Below are positions 48,800 through 62,800 of a DNA stretch of 64,000 nucleotides, piece by piece (the stretch's first letter is position 1; every line of letters begins with the position of its first letter). Both the position numbers and the translations under genes were made by a program. The notes under the pieces were generated by a model, which was given only the letters and a program-made list of their open reading frames with translations, was not told the DNA's origin and made no database searches. Source of the stretch: Amphiscolops sp. MND2022 (lineage: Eukaryota); contig OZ076409.1 in the NCBI GenBank assembly GCA_964187785.1, positions 82,586,001-82,650,000 of the forward strand, in the 5' to 3' direction.

Positions 48800-51470
48800 T
48801 TGTTCCTGTTTACATAACTGTTCGGTGCATGCGAGGAAGCACCAGTGCTTAAGCCAGAAGATTCAGCAGTTTGGTTTAAATTATCAAGAAAAGGACCTAC
48901 AAGACCAACTCATAGAAACGTTACAGACAGGCGGCGTCCCTTTACGGAAGTTGACAACCAACAGTCTTGAATCGATCAAACGATCACCCGAAACACTCCG
49001 AGAAACCGAAAGTTATATATCTTTTAAAGATAAAGAGTACAAGATTAAGGCTCTGGGAATTGTGTGGAGGCCTAATCTCGATTCTTTTGATTTTACTGGT
49101 AAGATTGCAGACAAACCCCCGACAACAAAAAGAGCTGTGCTTTCTGATATTGCTAGTTTATTTGATCCTCTGGGTTGTTTCTCGCCAGTACTTGGTAAAT
49201 TCAAATGTTTCATTCATAGTTTATTCAAATTAGGATGGGACCAATCACTGCCGTTGCCTATCTTACAGGAATGGTTGTTGCTACGATAAAGTTTGACTGC
49301 TATCCAAAATCTTTCAATTGCTCGTTGTCTTTTGCGAGACCGACAAACTTCAGTACAGCACGTTGAACTTCATATGTTCTCTGATGCCTCGGAGAAAGCT
49401 TATGAGGCTGCCATTTATGCTGTGCTCCGTTGCGATGACGCAAAGAGTTGTCGTCTGATGGCCTCAAGGACAAGAGTTGCACCTGTTAAATCACTTTGTT
49501 TGCCCGAGCAGGGTCTTTTTGCTGCCATTCTCGGTGTGAATTTTCTTGAGACAGTCCACAGAGTTTTAGTTGTTCTCTTCGATGAAAGATTGTCACACAA
49601 CAGGTGGACAGATTCAACTACTGTCTTATCGTGGTTATCAAAGCCAGCTAGCTCGTTGCAAACGTTCATTCGTAACATTATATCTGAAATTCAATCTTTT
49701 TTATCATTCGAAAAATGGCATCATGTTGCCAGTGACGAAAACCTGGCCGATATTGGCACTCGTGGAGTCTCTGCGGGACAAAATTGCATACAATTCCTTG
49801 TGGTGGCACGGACCACGTTGGTTATCCGAAACATTGTCTTGGCCTCACTCTCCAATTACTTCAGCTGGTGTTTTCCCAATTCAAACAGACGAGGCTATTG
49901 TTCCAACTTGTCAAACCAGACACTTTCAATCAAGTTTAGTTTTTCTCGATTTCTACAGATTCAATAGCTTTCGAAAAATGGTTCGAGTTTTTTGTTCCAT
50001 TTTACGTTTTTTGAAAATGATCAAAACAAAACAACGCGCTCTTTCCACTCTATATGTTGCAGTAGTTCATTTTGCTTCCATCATATTTTTACAAGTCTAT
50101 CAATCTTGTGATGAAATTGCCCTGTTACACAGTCAAGATATTTTATCTAAAAGTAATTGTTATAAAAAACTTGCTCCGTTTCTAGGTCCTGCCACTAAAT
50201 TAGTTCAAGTTGATGGTAGTTTGACCCAAGGTGACTTTTTGCAACCAAAGAAACATCCTGTTTTGATTTCGAAGGATTCGATAATTGTCAAAATATTAAT
50301 TGTCGATGCCCATTCCGATACTTTACATGGTGTAGTTGATTTAGTGCTGAACACAATTAGGCAGAAGTATTGAGTAGCAGCTGCCAAGCCCTTGATTAAA
50401 TTTACATCAAAAATTGTGTGACCTGTATCCGATTCACTTGTACCGAGCCTTTTCAACTTATTGGTGATCTTCCTCTAGAAAGACTTTCAGTAGTTCCTGC
50501 TTTCAATGACATTAAAATGGATTTACTGGACTTTTTTAAATGAGGTTTTCTCTCACCGTAAGGGACCCTGTGAAAATTTACGTTTGTGTTCTTGTTTGTA
50601 TGTCTACAAAAGCATGATGTCATTTAGAGGTTGTTGCATTTTTACCTGAAGAAGCGTGTCTTGCAGCATTTGCAAGTGTTTGCGCCCGAAGAGGTTCACC
50701 AACAAAAACCTTCTCTGACAATGCAACGAACTTTTTCCCCTCAAAAACCGAAATAGACACCAGAGTTTCAAAATGATGCCTTCAATCGACTCATGAAGCA
50801 GAACTTCTCAACGAAAGCAATCGAATGGATAATCATACCAGTACATGCACCACACTTTGAAGGTCTTTGAGAAACATCAATCACGTTCATCAAACATCAT
50901 CTACGAAAAGTCATGAAGAAGCAAATCCTACTAATTGAACATTTGGCAACCTTAATTGCACAAAATAAGTGCATGCTGAACTCAAGACCATTGACAGTCT
51001 TATCCACTGACCCTGATGATTTGAGTGCTCTAACGTCAGGACATTTCTTAATTGGCTCGCCGACCAACTTAATTGCGATATGAATTCCAAAAAGACAAAT
51101 CATTTTGGCAACCTCAAATATGTTCAGCAAATGCAGACTACAAGAAACCAGTTTTGGAAAGAATGGCATCTAATTTACATTACCTCTCAGCAAGTTGAAA
51201 AAAATGGTTGAACGATAGTAACAACTACAGCGTAGAAAACCTTGTACTAGTTGCTGATGATAATTGCCGAGTTTCTGATTGGCCTCTCGCTGGAATTACC
51301 AAACTCTTCAAAGGAAACGATACCCGCACACGTGTAGTGGAAGTTGAAGCTGCAAAATGGGTCAGCAACAGGCTCATCGTTAAATTGAGAAAATTAAAGA
51401 TTGCCCACTCGCAATTCAACTCAATTTATTCTGATGCTTGCAATTATAATCACTTGTCAGTCAGGCTTTA
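48800..51470 (+). pseudogene. BEL/Pao pol: RT C-terminus, RNase H, integrase, DUF5641-like tail
   Basis: KALGIVW, TKRAVLSDIASLFDPLG, LHMFSDASEKAY, WTDSTTVLSW, ENLADIGTRG, WWHGPRWL, HLEVV..ARRGSPTKTFSDNATNF, LNSRPL, LTSGHFLIG, WPLAGITKLF. Confidence 0.9.
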
Positions 51471-54264
51471 GTTACCTTATCGCCTTCCTATTTTGTTTAT
51501 TTGTTCTGAGCACCTTAGTATTAAAAGCGACGTCTTCTTGATGCTCACACGTTCATTCACTTATCGCATACCTTTCTTGGAGTTTTCTTGATAATCTTCA
51601 CCTATTATTTCCCAAATCTTAATTGACTTTGTTTCAGTAACCACACCAATTGCTTCACCCCTTTTGTCATTTTGAACCCGTTATTCAAGGCGAGTATTCA
51701 TCACTACTACAACACTACAACTAAGCTACCCAAGTCATGTGAACAATGTCTGAGAGCATTGTTTTTCAATCGTAAAGCCTAAATAGTAAGTCAGAATTTG
51801 CCGGCAAATACTTAAAATTTAACGAAGTCAAAAGGTCTCGATGAGGAAAGTTTGGACATTTGTACAACGCCAGTTTTTGCTCAGAAGATGGAATTTGTTT
51901 GGAAATTTTTGCTGTTTATAGGCATTTTTCATGAAAATGGACATGATAGCTATTCAGTTCGACGTTGAAATCAGTGTTTCTTCACATCTTTCAACACGTT
52001 CCAAAATTTCGCAGATAATGACAAAAGTGTTCAAAATATGGGTTTTAAGCAAAAGTTAGCTTTTGTTGAGTTCTTCAGGGCACTTTTTAAAAGAAAAACA
52101 TCATAAAAGCGTACAGAAAAGAACTATTTGGCTCGTCGTTGAGCTATGTGGATATTCTAGCGTCCATAAATTTTCAGAAACTCCAGAAGTAGTGAAAAGA
52201 AAAGATGAAAAATGGGGAGTTCCAATAGGTTCTCATGGGAGTTTGCAGAAACGATTTGATATCCCGGTGCTTGAAGTTACGATTGATTGTTACAATCAAC
52301 ATCCTTGTAACGATCCAAAACATTTTATCTCTGACAAAAAACTCAGAGCATCTATCCGATAAGTTTTAGATACATCAAGAAAGCGTTTATTCTCAAACAT
52401 AGTTGGTTCGAACTTGATAGAAGTCGATTTATTACTTCCTATACAAATTCTTTTTTTTCAATAAATAACTACAACTTGCAATGGTCTGTCAAATAATAAT
52501 TCTTATTAGAGAACATATGATTCCGACTTCAAGCACTTGCATTTTCGTAACGAAAATCATGTGATGGGAAAAATCTAATCGTTCGCTTGTCATTTTTTTG
52601 CTTCAAACAGAATCACTTGAGCTTAATAGACTTCAAGATGACTGTACATAACAGTTGAATTTAAGTACACTTTATAGAGTGAATTTTGATTCAATTTTCT
52701 TTCATATGTACTTTTCCACTGTCTTTCGTCATTGTATCAAAATTTTTATTACAGATGCTGGTCCTCACGAAGCACTGGAAACGAATAAAAAACGTCAGAA
52801 AGGGAGATCAGCCAATGAACATGAGATGTCGAGAGGTCAATTGAATGCATCTGCTTTGCGAATTAGTCAAATCTGCGGGTCAAGATGTCCCATATCTTTG
52901 TATATTGTCAACTGATGGCTAAAAATCTGCTGTTTGATTTTTTCAAGCAATGTTAGTTGGTTGCGTTTTTGCAAGTTGCATTGTTCGAAATTGGGACTTC
53001 ACGATGCCGGCAGATGCATGAATTAAAAAGTCTTTTGATGTACGCTCAAGAGATGGTTGAATTCTTTCAAATTCATGTTTGAACTGAGACGTATGGCTAA
53101 AACGCACATAGAAACCCATCGGTATTATCATGGCATTTGTGCTTAGTGGTGGTAACAGAATGGTAGTAAGAGCACGCTCCATGAGCATTTGTGCCTGAAA
53201 TTTGGCTAATACCCGGCGGCATCTAACAACCAATATTTGTTCAACTGAGAGCTCTTAAGGGGTCTAGCGATTTGTGACGTAAACCTTGAGAAGGACGCTA
53301 TCTGTTAAGGACCTGCAAAGCCTAAGGAGAAAACTCAAAACACTCAAGGAACATTAACCCGTACAAAACCCAGTTGGAGCTCTTTTGAAGACGTACTCCA
53401 TTTTACTTTCTAGTCTCTAATTGCTACAAAAACGTGTAGAAAGCTCACAAATCGAAGGTTTAAGTGCCTTCTAAATCAGTTACAATGGGACCTTGGTTCT
53501 CAGTACTTGGTAATTGGTTTCTATTCTAGAGAAAACGATGTAAGAGAAACACTATGAGATATGGGCGGAAAATAATAAAATCATAAAAGTGTCTAAGGTG
53601 GTGAAAAAATGAGCCGTTGTCGGTAACTGTCAATGATCTCAGTAGTTGTCAGATGGTGAGGTTTTGTAAAGCCATGAATGTTTGCTGACCTTTCGAGAAG
53701 TAATGGTGTTCGTAGAAGCACGGTAATTTCTTTTCAGTCTTCGAGAAATTTCTTCTTCTTAAGCTACTTCGTTTTAAGATGGTTCTACAACTCAGTACCG
53801 TTGTACTCAACTCAGTACAAGAGACTACATGGTGTTTAAATGATCAATGTCTGTTTTGGAGAAAAGAAACGTGCGAACTAGAATCCCAAGTTACGTTTCA
53901 GAGTTTTCTTATAATTCATCAAAAACGTAAGATCAAGTGTTTCTGCTAAATTTCACTGAAGGAGACAAATGTTTGTTCTTCTTCATCCTACATGTGGCAA
54001 AATTCTTTCAAAAAATTGTTGAATTCAAAGAAAGGCGTCTGTTTCGAAGGTTCTTTCTTAAAAAAAGAAGTTATGAAAATATTTTTCTACCAATCAATCA
54101 TTAACAGCTATTGATATTTTAGAGGGCTCCTGATTTATTATAAACAATACTATCAGCAGTAGGTTTTATTTCTCTAGACAATGCTGCAATAAGGATCCTG
54201 TGTTCCAAGGTTTCAAGTTTTGTTACCATTCAGTATTCTTTCTTTTCAATGGTATAATACTCCT

Positions 54265-54376
54265 TATAAAAACATTTTTGAATGAAAACAAAGAGCGCCA
54301 ATTTTACAAATTAATAATTATAATTATTAATTTGTAAAATTGGCGCTCTTTGTTTTCATTCAAAAATGTTTTTATA
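54265..54376. repeat. Perfect 112-bp palindrome with no spacer
   Basis: Base-by-base complementarity about the centre 54320/54321 (TTAATAATTA|TAATTATTAA) out to TATAAAAAC...GTTTTTATA. Confidence 0.95.
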
Positions 54377-54496
54377 GGCACTCAGTTAGAAAAAATACCG
54401 AGCTCAAAGAGAGCAAAGAAATCCATAATATGTCTCGAAAACAAACCCTACATCTTCTAATCTCAACCATTATCTTAGAATTTTCACTGTTTCTTC

Positions 54497-55043
54497 CAGG
54501 GTGGGGAAAAAAACTGTTTTTTTCGATAAAAAACAAACAAACATGTTTTTTTCAAAAAATACAGTGTTTTTTATGTTTTTTATGTTTTTTATTTTTTTTC
54601 TCATTTCTACAATGAATCTCGTAAAAAACATACGTTACATATAAAAAACTTGTTACATAAAGCACGAGTCTTCCCATCCTTCTCAATTTTCTTGAAGAAT
54701 GCCCAGATTGAGTCTGTTTTACGCCCCATACTCAATTAATCTGAAATATTTTAGGACGACTGTTTGGAAATATGAACAAAAGACCAAACATGATTACATG
54801 ATAATAGCATTACATAATAGGAAACCACATAAAAGGATGAAGTAACAACAGCTTAAAAACACTTAAATTGCTATTGCAGGAAGAATCAAGCGAAATTTTG
54901 AATAGCAAATTAAATACAAATATAAATAGTGACAAAAATTCCAATAAAAAACATTTTTGCTGTTTTTTATGTTTTTTTCGCATGTTTTAAAACAGTTTTT
55001 TATGCCAGTGTTTTAAAACATGTTTTAAAACATTCCCACCCTG
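54497..55043. mobile_element. hAT-type MITE
   Basis: CAGGGTGGG / CCCACCCTG termini, 8-bp TSD GTTTCTTC (54489-54496, 55044-55051), and TGTTTTT subterminal repeats. Confidence 0.85.
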
Positions 55044-55957
55044 GTTTCTTCCCAGATAAAACAATCCGCAGCATGCCTTAAAAATCGATAACAGGGCCTC
55101 TTACGCTAATAAACATGCTGTGATAATTATACATTGATAAGATCTATTGAACACTGAATTCTGATCTAAAGTTGTAAAATTGGACGTGAATATCAATTAC
55201 GCTCTCTTCAATGAAAGAAATTTCTTAAATTTGTTTAAAAACATGGGATTCATAAAATATCATAGTACATTTTGAGTGCATTTATCGATGGTTCAGTTTC
55301 TTGGAAACTAAATAAACGCCTGCCTTTGTCTTATATATGTATTTGTTATCATCGAAATTCCAATTTTTGGTTGTAAGGAAAACATGCTCTTTAGATTTCC
55401 AAGTATTTTTATGCCCAATCTTTAACGCGATTAATTTCTCATGACCATTATCAGTTTTTCTGTAGGTTTCCCTACGAATTGACGAGATCACAGTACATTA
55501 AAAAGCAGTTTTGGACAAAAAACTCATATTTTTCCTGTGATTTTTCGCTGGTGAAGCCTCGATGTTTGTGTGTATACACTAAAGATATGTAACCAACAAA
55601 GTAAATATTTGTCAAACTGGATAATTTTCGTTTAATTTAATGAAAACTGGAATATTGGAAACTTTTAGAATTTGAAATTTTAAATCAGCACATTGGCAAG
55701 GTGAAAAAACTGCATTTAAAGTGTTTTTGAAATGTTCGAAAGCAGAATATGGGAGTTTCACTGATTCACTGATTTTAAATCTACAACAAACTAATTGATC
55801 GGCACGGATATTGATGGCAAGTTTTTTCATGTTTTCGCATGTCATGGGAGCTGAATTGTATCATTATTAAAATCAATTACTATTAAATCGATTAAATTAT
55901 CGATACACAAAATGCAGTTGGTTGCTTGAAGTTTTCTCAAAATGAAATTGGAAAACC

Positions 55958-57808
55958 TTCACAAACGTGTGACTGATAATGAAAAACCGGATTTTGTATT
56001 TTTCTACATTCAAAAGTTTGTTCAAGAAGTAATTTTCCAAGGGTTTACATTGAAAAACTTTACAAATGAGTGCATTCGTAGAAACTCGTTTTTATAAAAC
56101 CTCATTAATCGTGAGAACACAGTGCAGTTACTATAGTTTGGACATATGTTTATTTTTTATCGTTGCTATTTTGAACAATCTGTGTATTTTAAGTAAAAAC
56201 TGCACTGTGTCCTCACGATTAATGAGGTTCTACAATATTGCTTTTCTAAGAATACACTCAATTGAAAAATTTATCAATGAAAACCCTTGGAAAATTACTT
56301 TTTGAACAAACTACCGAATGTAGAAAAAAACAAAACCCAGTCTTTCAAAATGAGACACACGTTTGTGAATAGATTCTTGTATCATGTAGTTTGGACATAT
56401 GAATGTTTTTTATCGTTGCAGTTTTGAACAATCTGTGTATTTTAAGTAGTAACTGCACTGTGTCCTCACGATTAATGAGGTTCTACAATAATGCGTTTCT
56501 AAGAATACACTCAATTGAAAAATTTTTCAATGAAAACCCTAGGTTACAAGAATCACAAATCTTGCAAAATTCTTCCGAAATTCTCGTCAGCTTTGCATTT
56601 CTTGCAAGAATCTTACAAGTTTGTACAAGAATCGCAAATTTTGCAAATTTGTTACAATGTCGAACATTTCTTACAAGATTCTGATAACATTTTTGCAGAA
56701 AATGCATTTTTTTGGTAAGAAATTCTTACAAAAAATGTGATGTGTTAATTCGACCAAAACTTCAAAAATCATCAAACTACCAGCAACAACAGCCACAGTT
56801 GCCGTTTACAATGCACAAACTGTCCCAGGATCCCAGCAAAAGGCTCCAAATTGTTAATTTTGAGCAAGAAGATTTTACATGCAATTTTACCCCAGAAATT
56901 ACTATAACGTATTCCAGCTATGAATCTCCGGACAAAAACTCCGAGAACTCTTCAGCTAATGATGATAGGAATATGAACATGATACCAATTGAAAATACAT
57001 TTCAAGGGCTTTCTAACGATTCTAACCCGAACCTGCTGTCAGCTACTGTGATGGAGAAAATCTGTAAAAAACACAACAAAACCACCTGTGCAATGTCATA
57101 TTGAAAACTATAAAAACCCTGAAAATTCTAGCAAAATTCAACCATCGGTTTCATTTCTTCTCCAGCCCATTTCAACTAGTCATGAGACTGCTGAGAATGG
57201 AGGACATTGCTCTCTCAGAGGCACTGACTCCACGCAGGGCTTTAATGTTGTAAGCGAAAGCTTTACAACAATATAACATCAAACAATGCTCATGATGCAA
57301 ATAAGGCATCCCGATAATATAAAATCTAGATGCTCTAATATGGGCAATTTGTCATTTTTCGCGTACAGATAGTTTTCTTTTGCAGCCGTTCATTTTTTTT
57401 GAGGCAGGAAATGCAAAAAAATGGTCGGATTTATGCATTTTTTGTAACATTCTGAGCAGAAAAATGCAAATCTTGCAAGATTTTTGCAAGAGTTAGATTC
57501 TAAAAATGCATTTTCTTACAAGATCTTACAAGAATTCTTGTAAGAATTTTGCAAGAGTTGTGATTTTTGTAACTTAGGGAACCCTTGGAAAATTACTTTT
57601 TGAACAAGCTATCAAATGTAGAAAAATACAAAATCCAGTCATTCAATATCAGGCACACTTCTGTGAATAAGTTCTGATATCATGTATTTTGGACATATGA
57701 ATTTTTTTATCGTTGCTATTTTGATCGTATACTTAAAATACACAGGTAGTTCAAGAAAGCAACGATAAAAAAATATTCATATGTCAAAACTACATGACAT
57801 CAGAATTT
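55958..57808. repeat. Foldback/tandem array of a ~253-bp unit in both orientations
   Basis: Inverted arms about 55958-56129 and 56198-56369; direct units start 56134 and 56387; the array resumes at 57580 after an insertion; a second hairpin lies at about 57672-57808. Confidence 0.8.
56537..57579. mobile_element. Non-autonomous TIR element, CCC...GGG ends, AA TSD, inserted in the foldback array
   Basis: CCCTAGGTTACAAGAATCACAA / TTGTGATTTTTGTAACTTAGGG. The uninterrupted unit TGAAAACCCTTGG at 56278 defines the AA duplication. Confidence 0.85.
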
Positions 57809-59825
57809 ACAATAAACTCTTAACGACGTCCTAATTCTGAGAAACAGGCTGCAATAAAGTCAGATTGCTTCATAAACTGCACTGGGAAATCATCGAATTT
57901 TGGATTACCAGAAAACTTACCACAACAAAATTCAACACAAGAATGTTCAACACGTGAAAACTCAACACACATTTCAATTCTCAGTGAGTTCTCGGCATAA
58001 CTTATTCATCTAAATTTTCACAAAAGTTGTCCAAGTAGTTATAAAAAAAATCAGAGAAATATGAGAAAAATATTTGTTACGTCAAAACAGAACGCTGAAA
58101 TTAGTACTGAAATGTATAGAAAAGAATTTTTTCCATTAGCTCCTCTATAAACCATTGCCTTTTTGAAAGTCACTAGGAACAATTAACTTTGACAAATTTC
58201 CAAAGTTACTTTGATTAATCACTAATATGAAATCCAACAAAAATATGGAGGATAGTTTGTGCATTAGCCTTCAAAAGGAACAGGTGCCAACATTATGTGG
58301 TGTGTTGAGCTCCTTTTGATTTTCAAAATCAGCAAAATGTTTAATGGTGCGTTTGCGCACCTGAACGAACACGCCTTTCTACTGGGTGCTATAAATCAGC
58401 AGTCTTGCCACACTTGTGGCTACAAGTTAAGATTTTCTATTACCATGATATAATTGGTATACTCTGATCTCAGGTTGACCATCCATGAAACGTTTTGAAT
58501 GTCCTGCGTGTTAACGGATTATGCAAAATCATGCAGTTATTATTAAAGTTCATCATAAATTATCCCGAATACAACTAACACGTGAGAATATTGAAATATG
58601 AGTAAGAAGGGAACTGAAAAAGATTTCATTTTCAAGTCCATGTTGTTTTTTCACGGCTCGCTGTGCTTCCGGGCGGCTCTTCAAAAAATGCCACTTTTGG
58701 AACTTAGTGCGAAAAACACTTTGGATCAAAAAATCAATTGACCTCAAACATGACCGGTTATTCAACTTTGATTACTTTTTCGCATCAGAGAATCTCTGAC
58801 AGAGCGTATCTGCCGACAGCAGAACTTTATTCAGTTCACCGAAAAGTTTTTTCGAGAACAATATATGGATTCTGAGGCGTGAAATTATCCGTAATACTCG
58901 TTTTTGTTGAAATATGTGACGATTTCCAAAATTTTGTTAAATTTTCATTAGGAAGGTTCCAAGTTTTGAAAGTTACCACTAACGTTTTTCAACTCTAACA
59001 TATTTTTTGACCTTTGAAAATTTTGGCTTTTTTGTCTTCGTCAAAATGTTGGAGAAAATAAGGTTGTTAAAGTAAAAAAAATGGTTTCAAATTTTTCTGT
59101 AATTTATTAAAAAGTTTTTCAGTGAAGTTTTAAGATTTTGAAATTTCCCCAAGTGGCTACGTATTACGTGGTGGGAACGAAAAGCGCCAAAAGAGCAACT
59201 TCTGTGTTCAAATTATAAAATCACCTTGATTCAAGTGTCTTTTGGATGACTGGAGTTTCAAGGACGTAACTTTGATGTGCTCTTTACACAGGAAAAGATC
59301 AATTTCCCCTCAAGAGAAGCGTTACTAGTCACAGCCATCTTTACAGTGGAAAAAATCTACACAAAGCCCTTCACCTTTGATAGATTGAGGAAGTGCAAAA
59401 AGTGAGGAACAAACTATTGACAATCTGCACTATTTGGAATTCACTGAATATTGATTCTAAAAAATGGTACATGAAAAAAACTTGAAAATTTTCAGAATAT
59501 TGATTGCTTCTTGCGTCTAGTCATTGAAATAGAAAATTTTGAACCAAGAAGACACTTTTACCATCAGCGGAAATCACGGGGTACTATCTTGAAAGTTTCG
59601 TTTTTCCTAAATCAACAATTTTTAGCTTTTTAATGTTTCGCTTTTCAGTGATTCTCGAGTTATTATGTGATACAAGTGTTGTGATCTCAGGAAACTAGAT
59701 AAAACGGTGTTTTCTATTCTAAGAGTTAACTATTGTATGAAAGCATCTGATCACTGTATCAAATCGTATACTAAATGGTTTCGTACATGTGTAACATAAA
59801 TAGACAGCATTTAGAGTTTTGTTGG

Positions 59826-62800
59826 TCAATAGCACCAAATGTCTCTCTGTCTGATATCCGTATTAACGGTTGAAAGTTTAGAGGTCATGTCTGCATATGT
59901 CTCATTCCCAACTCTCCGGGTTTGATCGGTTGTGGGTTGCTTGTAGTTGTTGTAGTACCGTATTGTACGGATCTCCTTGGTTTCTTGCCGGACTGAGCGG
60001 TGGTTTTCGTCTTCATTGTCCATTATTTCTGTTGTCGTCTTTTCCTGTAATACATTACCGTTATCAGTTTGTTTCTTTTATTGTTACTGCTTTGATATGG
60101 TATTCCACATAGTTTTTCGGTTTGTTTTGCAAATGGTAATCTACTTGATCTTCTAACCGATGGTTGCGGATTTTATTTTTTTGCTTTATAATGTTATATA
60201 CCTTGGCCGGGTGTTAGTTTTTTGTCTTTTGGGAGCAGCTGGAGTTCATCATCAATGTTGGTATGAACCGTTTTTCCGTCGGATTTGTTGTAGCAGTTAA
60301 TTTTTCCTTCTTACACAATGCTCAGATTTAGGTCCATTTCCTTCTCTTCCAAGCTAGTGTTTGGTGATGTAAATTGGCCCTTGTTGTTTCAGGGCTGTTC
60401 TTTTCTTTTCAGCCAGTCTTGGCTCCTCTCGTGGTTGATTGGGCGTGGAGTTTCTTTCCTCGTGTAGATACACGGGTTTCCACCAGCGGTTGTTGTGTAC
60501 AGGGTCTTTGAGCAGGATGGTTGTTCGTTTTGTCGGGTGGTGATTCGTTTTGTGGGCGCGGTGATTGTCTGCTGAAAGGGTAACGGGTTGGATATTAGCT
60601 TTCTGCGTGTTATTTTATTTTTGTTTGTTGTTACGGTGTGGTCCGTACCTGATATTGCGGTTTGCATTTTGTTTTTGAATTTACTGTCCAGCGATCCTTT
60701 TTTATAATTCTTTTCGTAGAATTTGGAATGATATTTGAATTTGTTCATACTAACCGAACCAGTCGGTTTTTTAGTTTGTTGGATAGTCATTCCCCGTCTG
60801 AATTTTGGGTCCACGGTCTTTTTCTTTGACATCACCAGGTGGTCTGCAATTTCTCCCGCCGAATTTCGGGTGATGTAGACTGAAAGGTCCTTTGAGTCTA
60901 CTGAAACAGCATTTTTTAGGTTAGATAATTTAGTTCTGGTTTCCCGTCCGAAATGAATTTCGAACGGCGTTTTTTTTTGTTAGCAGGTATAGTGCTCTCT
61001 TTACGCTTTCGCGTAAATTTATTTCGTCTTCCAGGTTTGTCAGTAAAAAGTTCTTTATTGGTTGGATGGTCCGTTCAACTAATCCGGTTCCGGTGTAAAG
61101 GTTCGCGGTGCCGTATTCGCAAATTGTTTTTTGCGATTTACAAAATTCTTTATATTCTTTTGAGATGAAAGCACCGCCCCTATCGGATTTTATTCGTTTC
61201 GGTACTCCGTATACATTGACATATTCATTTAAGAATGTAATGACGGTTTGGTGGCTTGTATTTTTACATATTTTTGCCACTGGCCACCAGCTAGTTTCGT
61301 CTACTGCGATTTGGATATATGGGCTAGATTGTATTTTTTTGCTATGCAGTTTACCGGTAAAATCGATTTGGGTTTCTTCACCGGCTTTTTCGGTGTTTCG
61401 ATTTTTGTTTTTTCGGTGGAGGGTAGCTGGAATTTTATATTCTTACCGGCGTTGAGGCAAGCTGAGCAGGTTTTTGCCTTCTTTTCGATGTCGACCCGCA
61501 TGTTCGGCCACCAGAATATGGCTGCATCGCTGCACATATTGTTAATTCCGGGGTGTCCGAAGTGTAGGGCATTTAGGGTGGCGTATCGTAGCGTTTTCGG
61601 TACGATGATGCGGTCATCTGCCATGACAATGCCCCATCTGTGGGTTAGTTTTTTGGCTACGGTTTTCTAGTCGTGTGGGATTTGTTGGCTGTTGTTTTTT
61701 TCGAGGCAGCAGTTCCATTCTATCTGGTCCGGGTCTAGGGCCGTTTCTTGGATCAGGGCTTCCAACATGAAATCCAGTTCGGCTGCCCTGATCTTGTCCT
61801 CCTGTTGTTTGTTTCTGGCGGCTTTTTGTTCAACCACCCGGTTTATCCGGACCTAGTGGACAGTTATGTCCTCGATGGGACCGTCGCGATTTTTCTGGAC
61901 GGGTATTGCGGGATAAGCTCCGGGTTCGTGTGTTGTCACGGCTTCTTCGGTGTTCGATGGTGTGGTTGATTCTGTGTCTCTGTTCTCAATATTGTTGCTT
62001 CCTTGTTCCATGTTTTCTGATCTTTGCGGTATTTCATCGCCAAAGTTTCTAAAGTATCCGCCGCCGATCAGTGACTGTTTTTGCTTTCTTTTTAGCTGGA
62101 TGTCGATTCTTTTTATTTCCCTTCTTTTGTCTTCTTCTGGTCTTCTTGACACATATATTTCTCTGCCCAGGCCTTTATTCCATTGTGGTCACATTGCTCC
62201 GGGTCTCGCCAATTCGGTTCGTCTTCTCACCAGTTCCGTAGTTTCGGGTGATTTATCTCTGTTGTTGATTATTGCCATAATCTCAACATCTGCACCCCAA
62301 TGGTAACGTATTTGCCGGTCATTTCGGAATTGTCTTGCGTTTTGGTTCTCGTCGTTGTTATTGTTCATTTTTGAATGAATTGCGGTAATTTTCAAATTAG
62401 ACGGTTGTGTTTGGTAAATGAAATCACTTTCGTTTTCAAGCGACTGTGATGAGTGTTAGTGAGAATCAATATGGCTATTGTTTGCTTTGCGGCGTCGCGT
62501 ATCAATTAGCGTGCGCGTATCCTGCATGTTCGTTTTGTTGACCGCGTTCTCGGTTTCTGATTGGTTGAAAATCCGTCCTATACGGGCGTTTACCATTGCT
62601 AGTTGCGCGATGGCGTTGATCACATTTTTTTCTCCGTAATTTTCTTCCGATTCCGGCTTTTCGGTAGGAGTACGACTAAGGAAGTCCGTGAATTTTATTC
62701 CTTTCCCGGCGGTGTGTTTTAGACTAATGTTAAAGTGGTTTAGGCTATCTAGCCATCTTGTTAGTCGGGCGCAATATTGTTTGTAAGTTTTGTTTCTTTT

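Larger units (their letters stand above)
46750..51470. mobile_element. BEL/Pao LTR retrotransposon relic with internal inversion
   Basis: Minus-strand gag/protease (46750-48780) abuts plus-strand RT-end/RNaseH/integrase (48800-51470). Confidence 0.85.
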
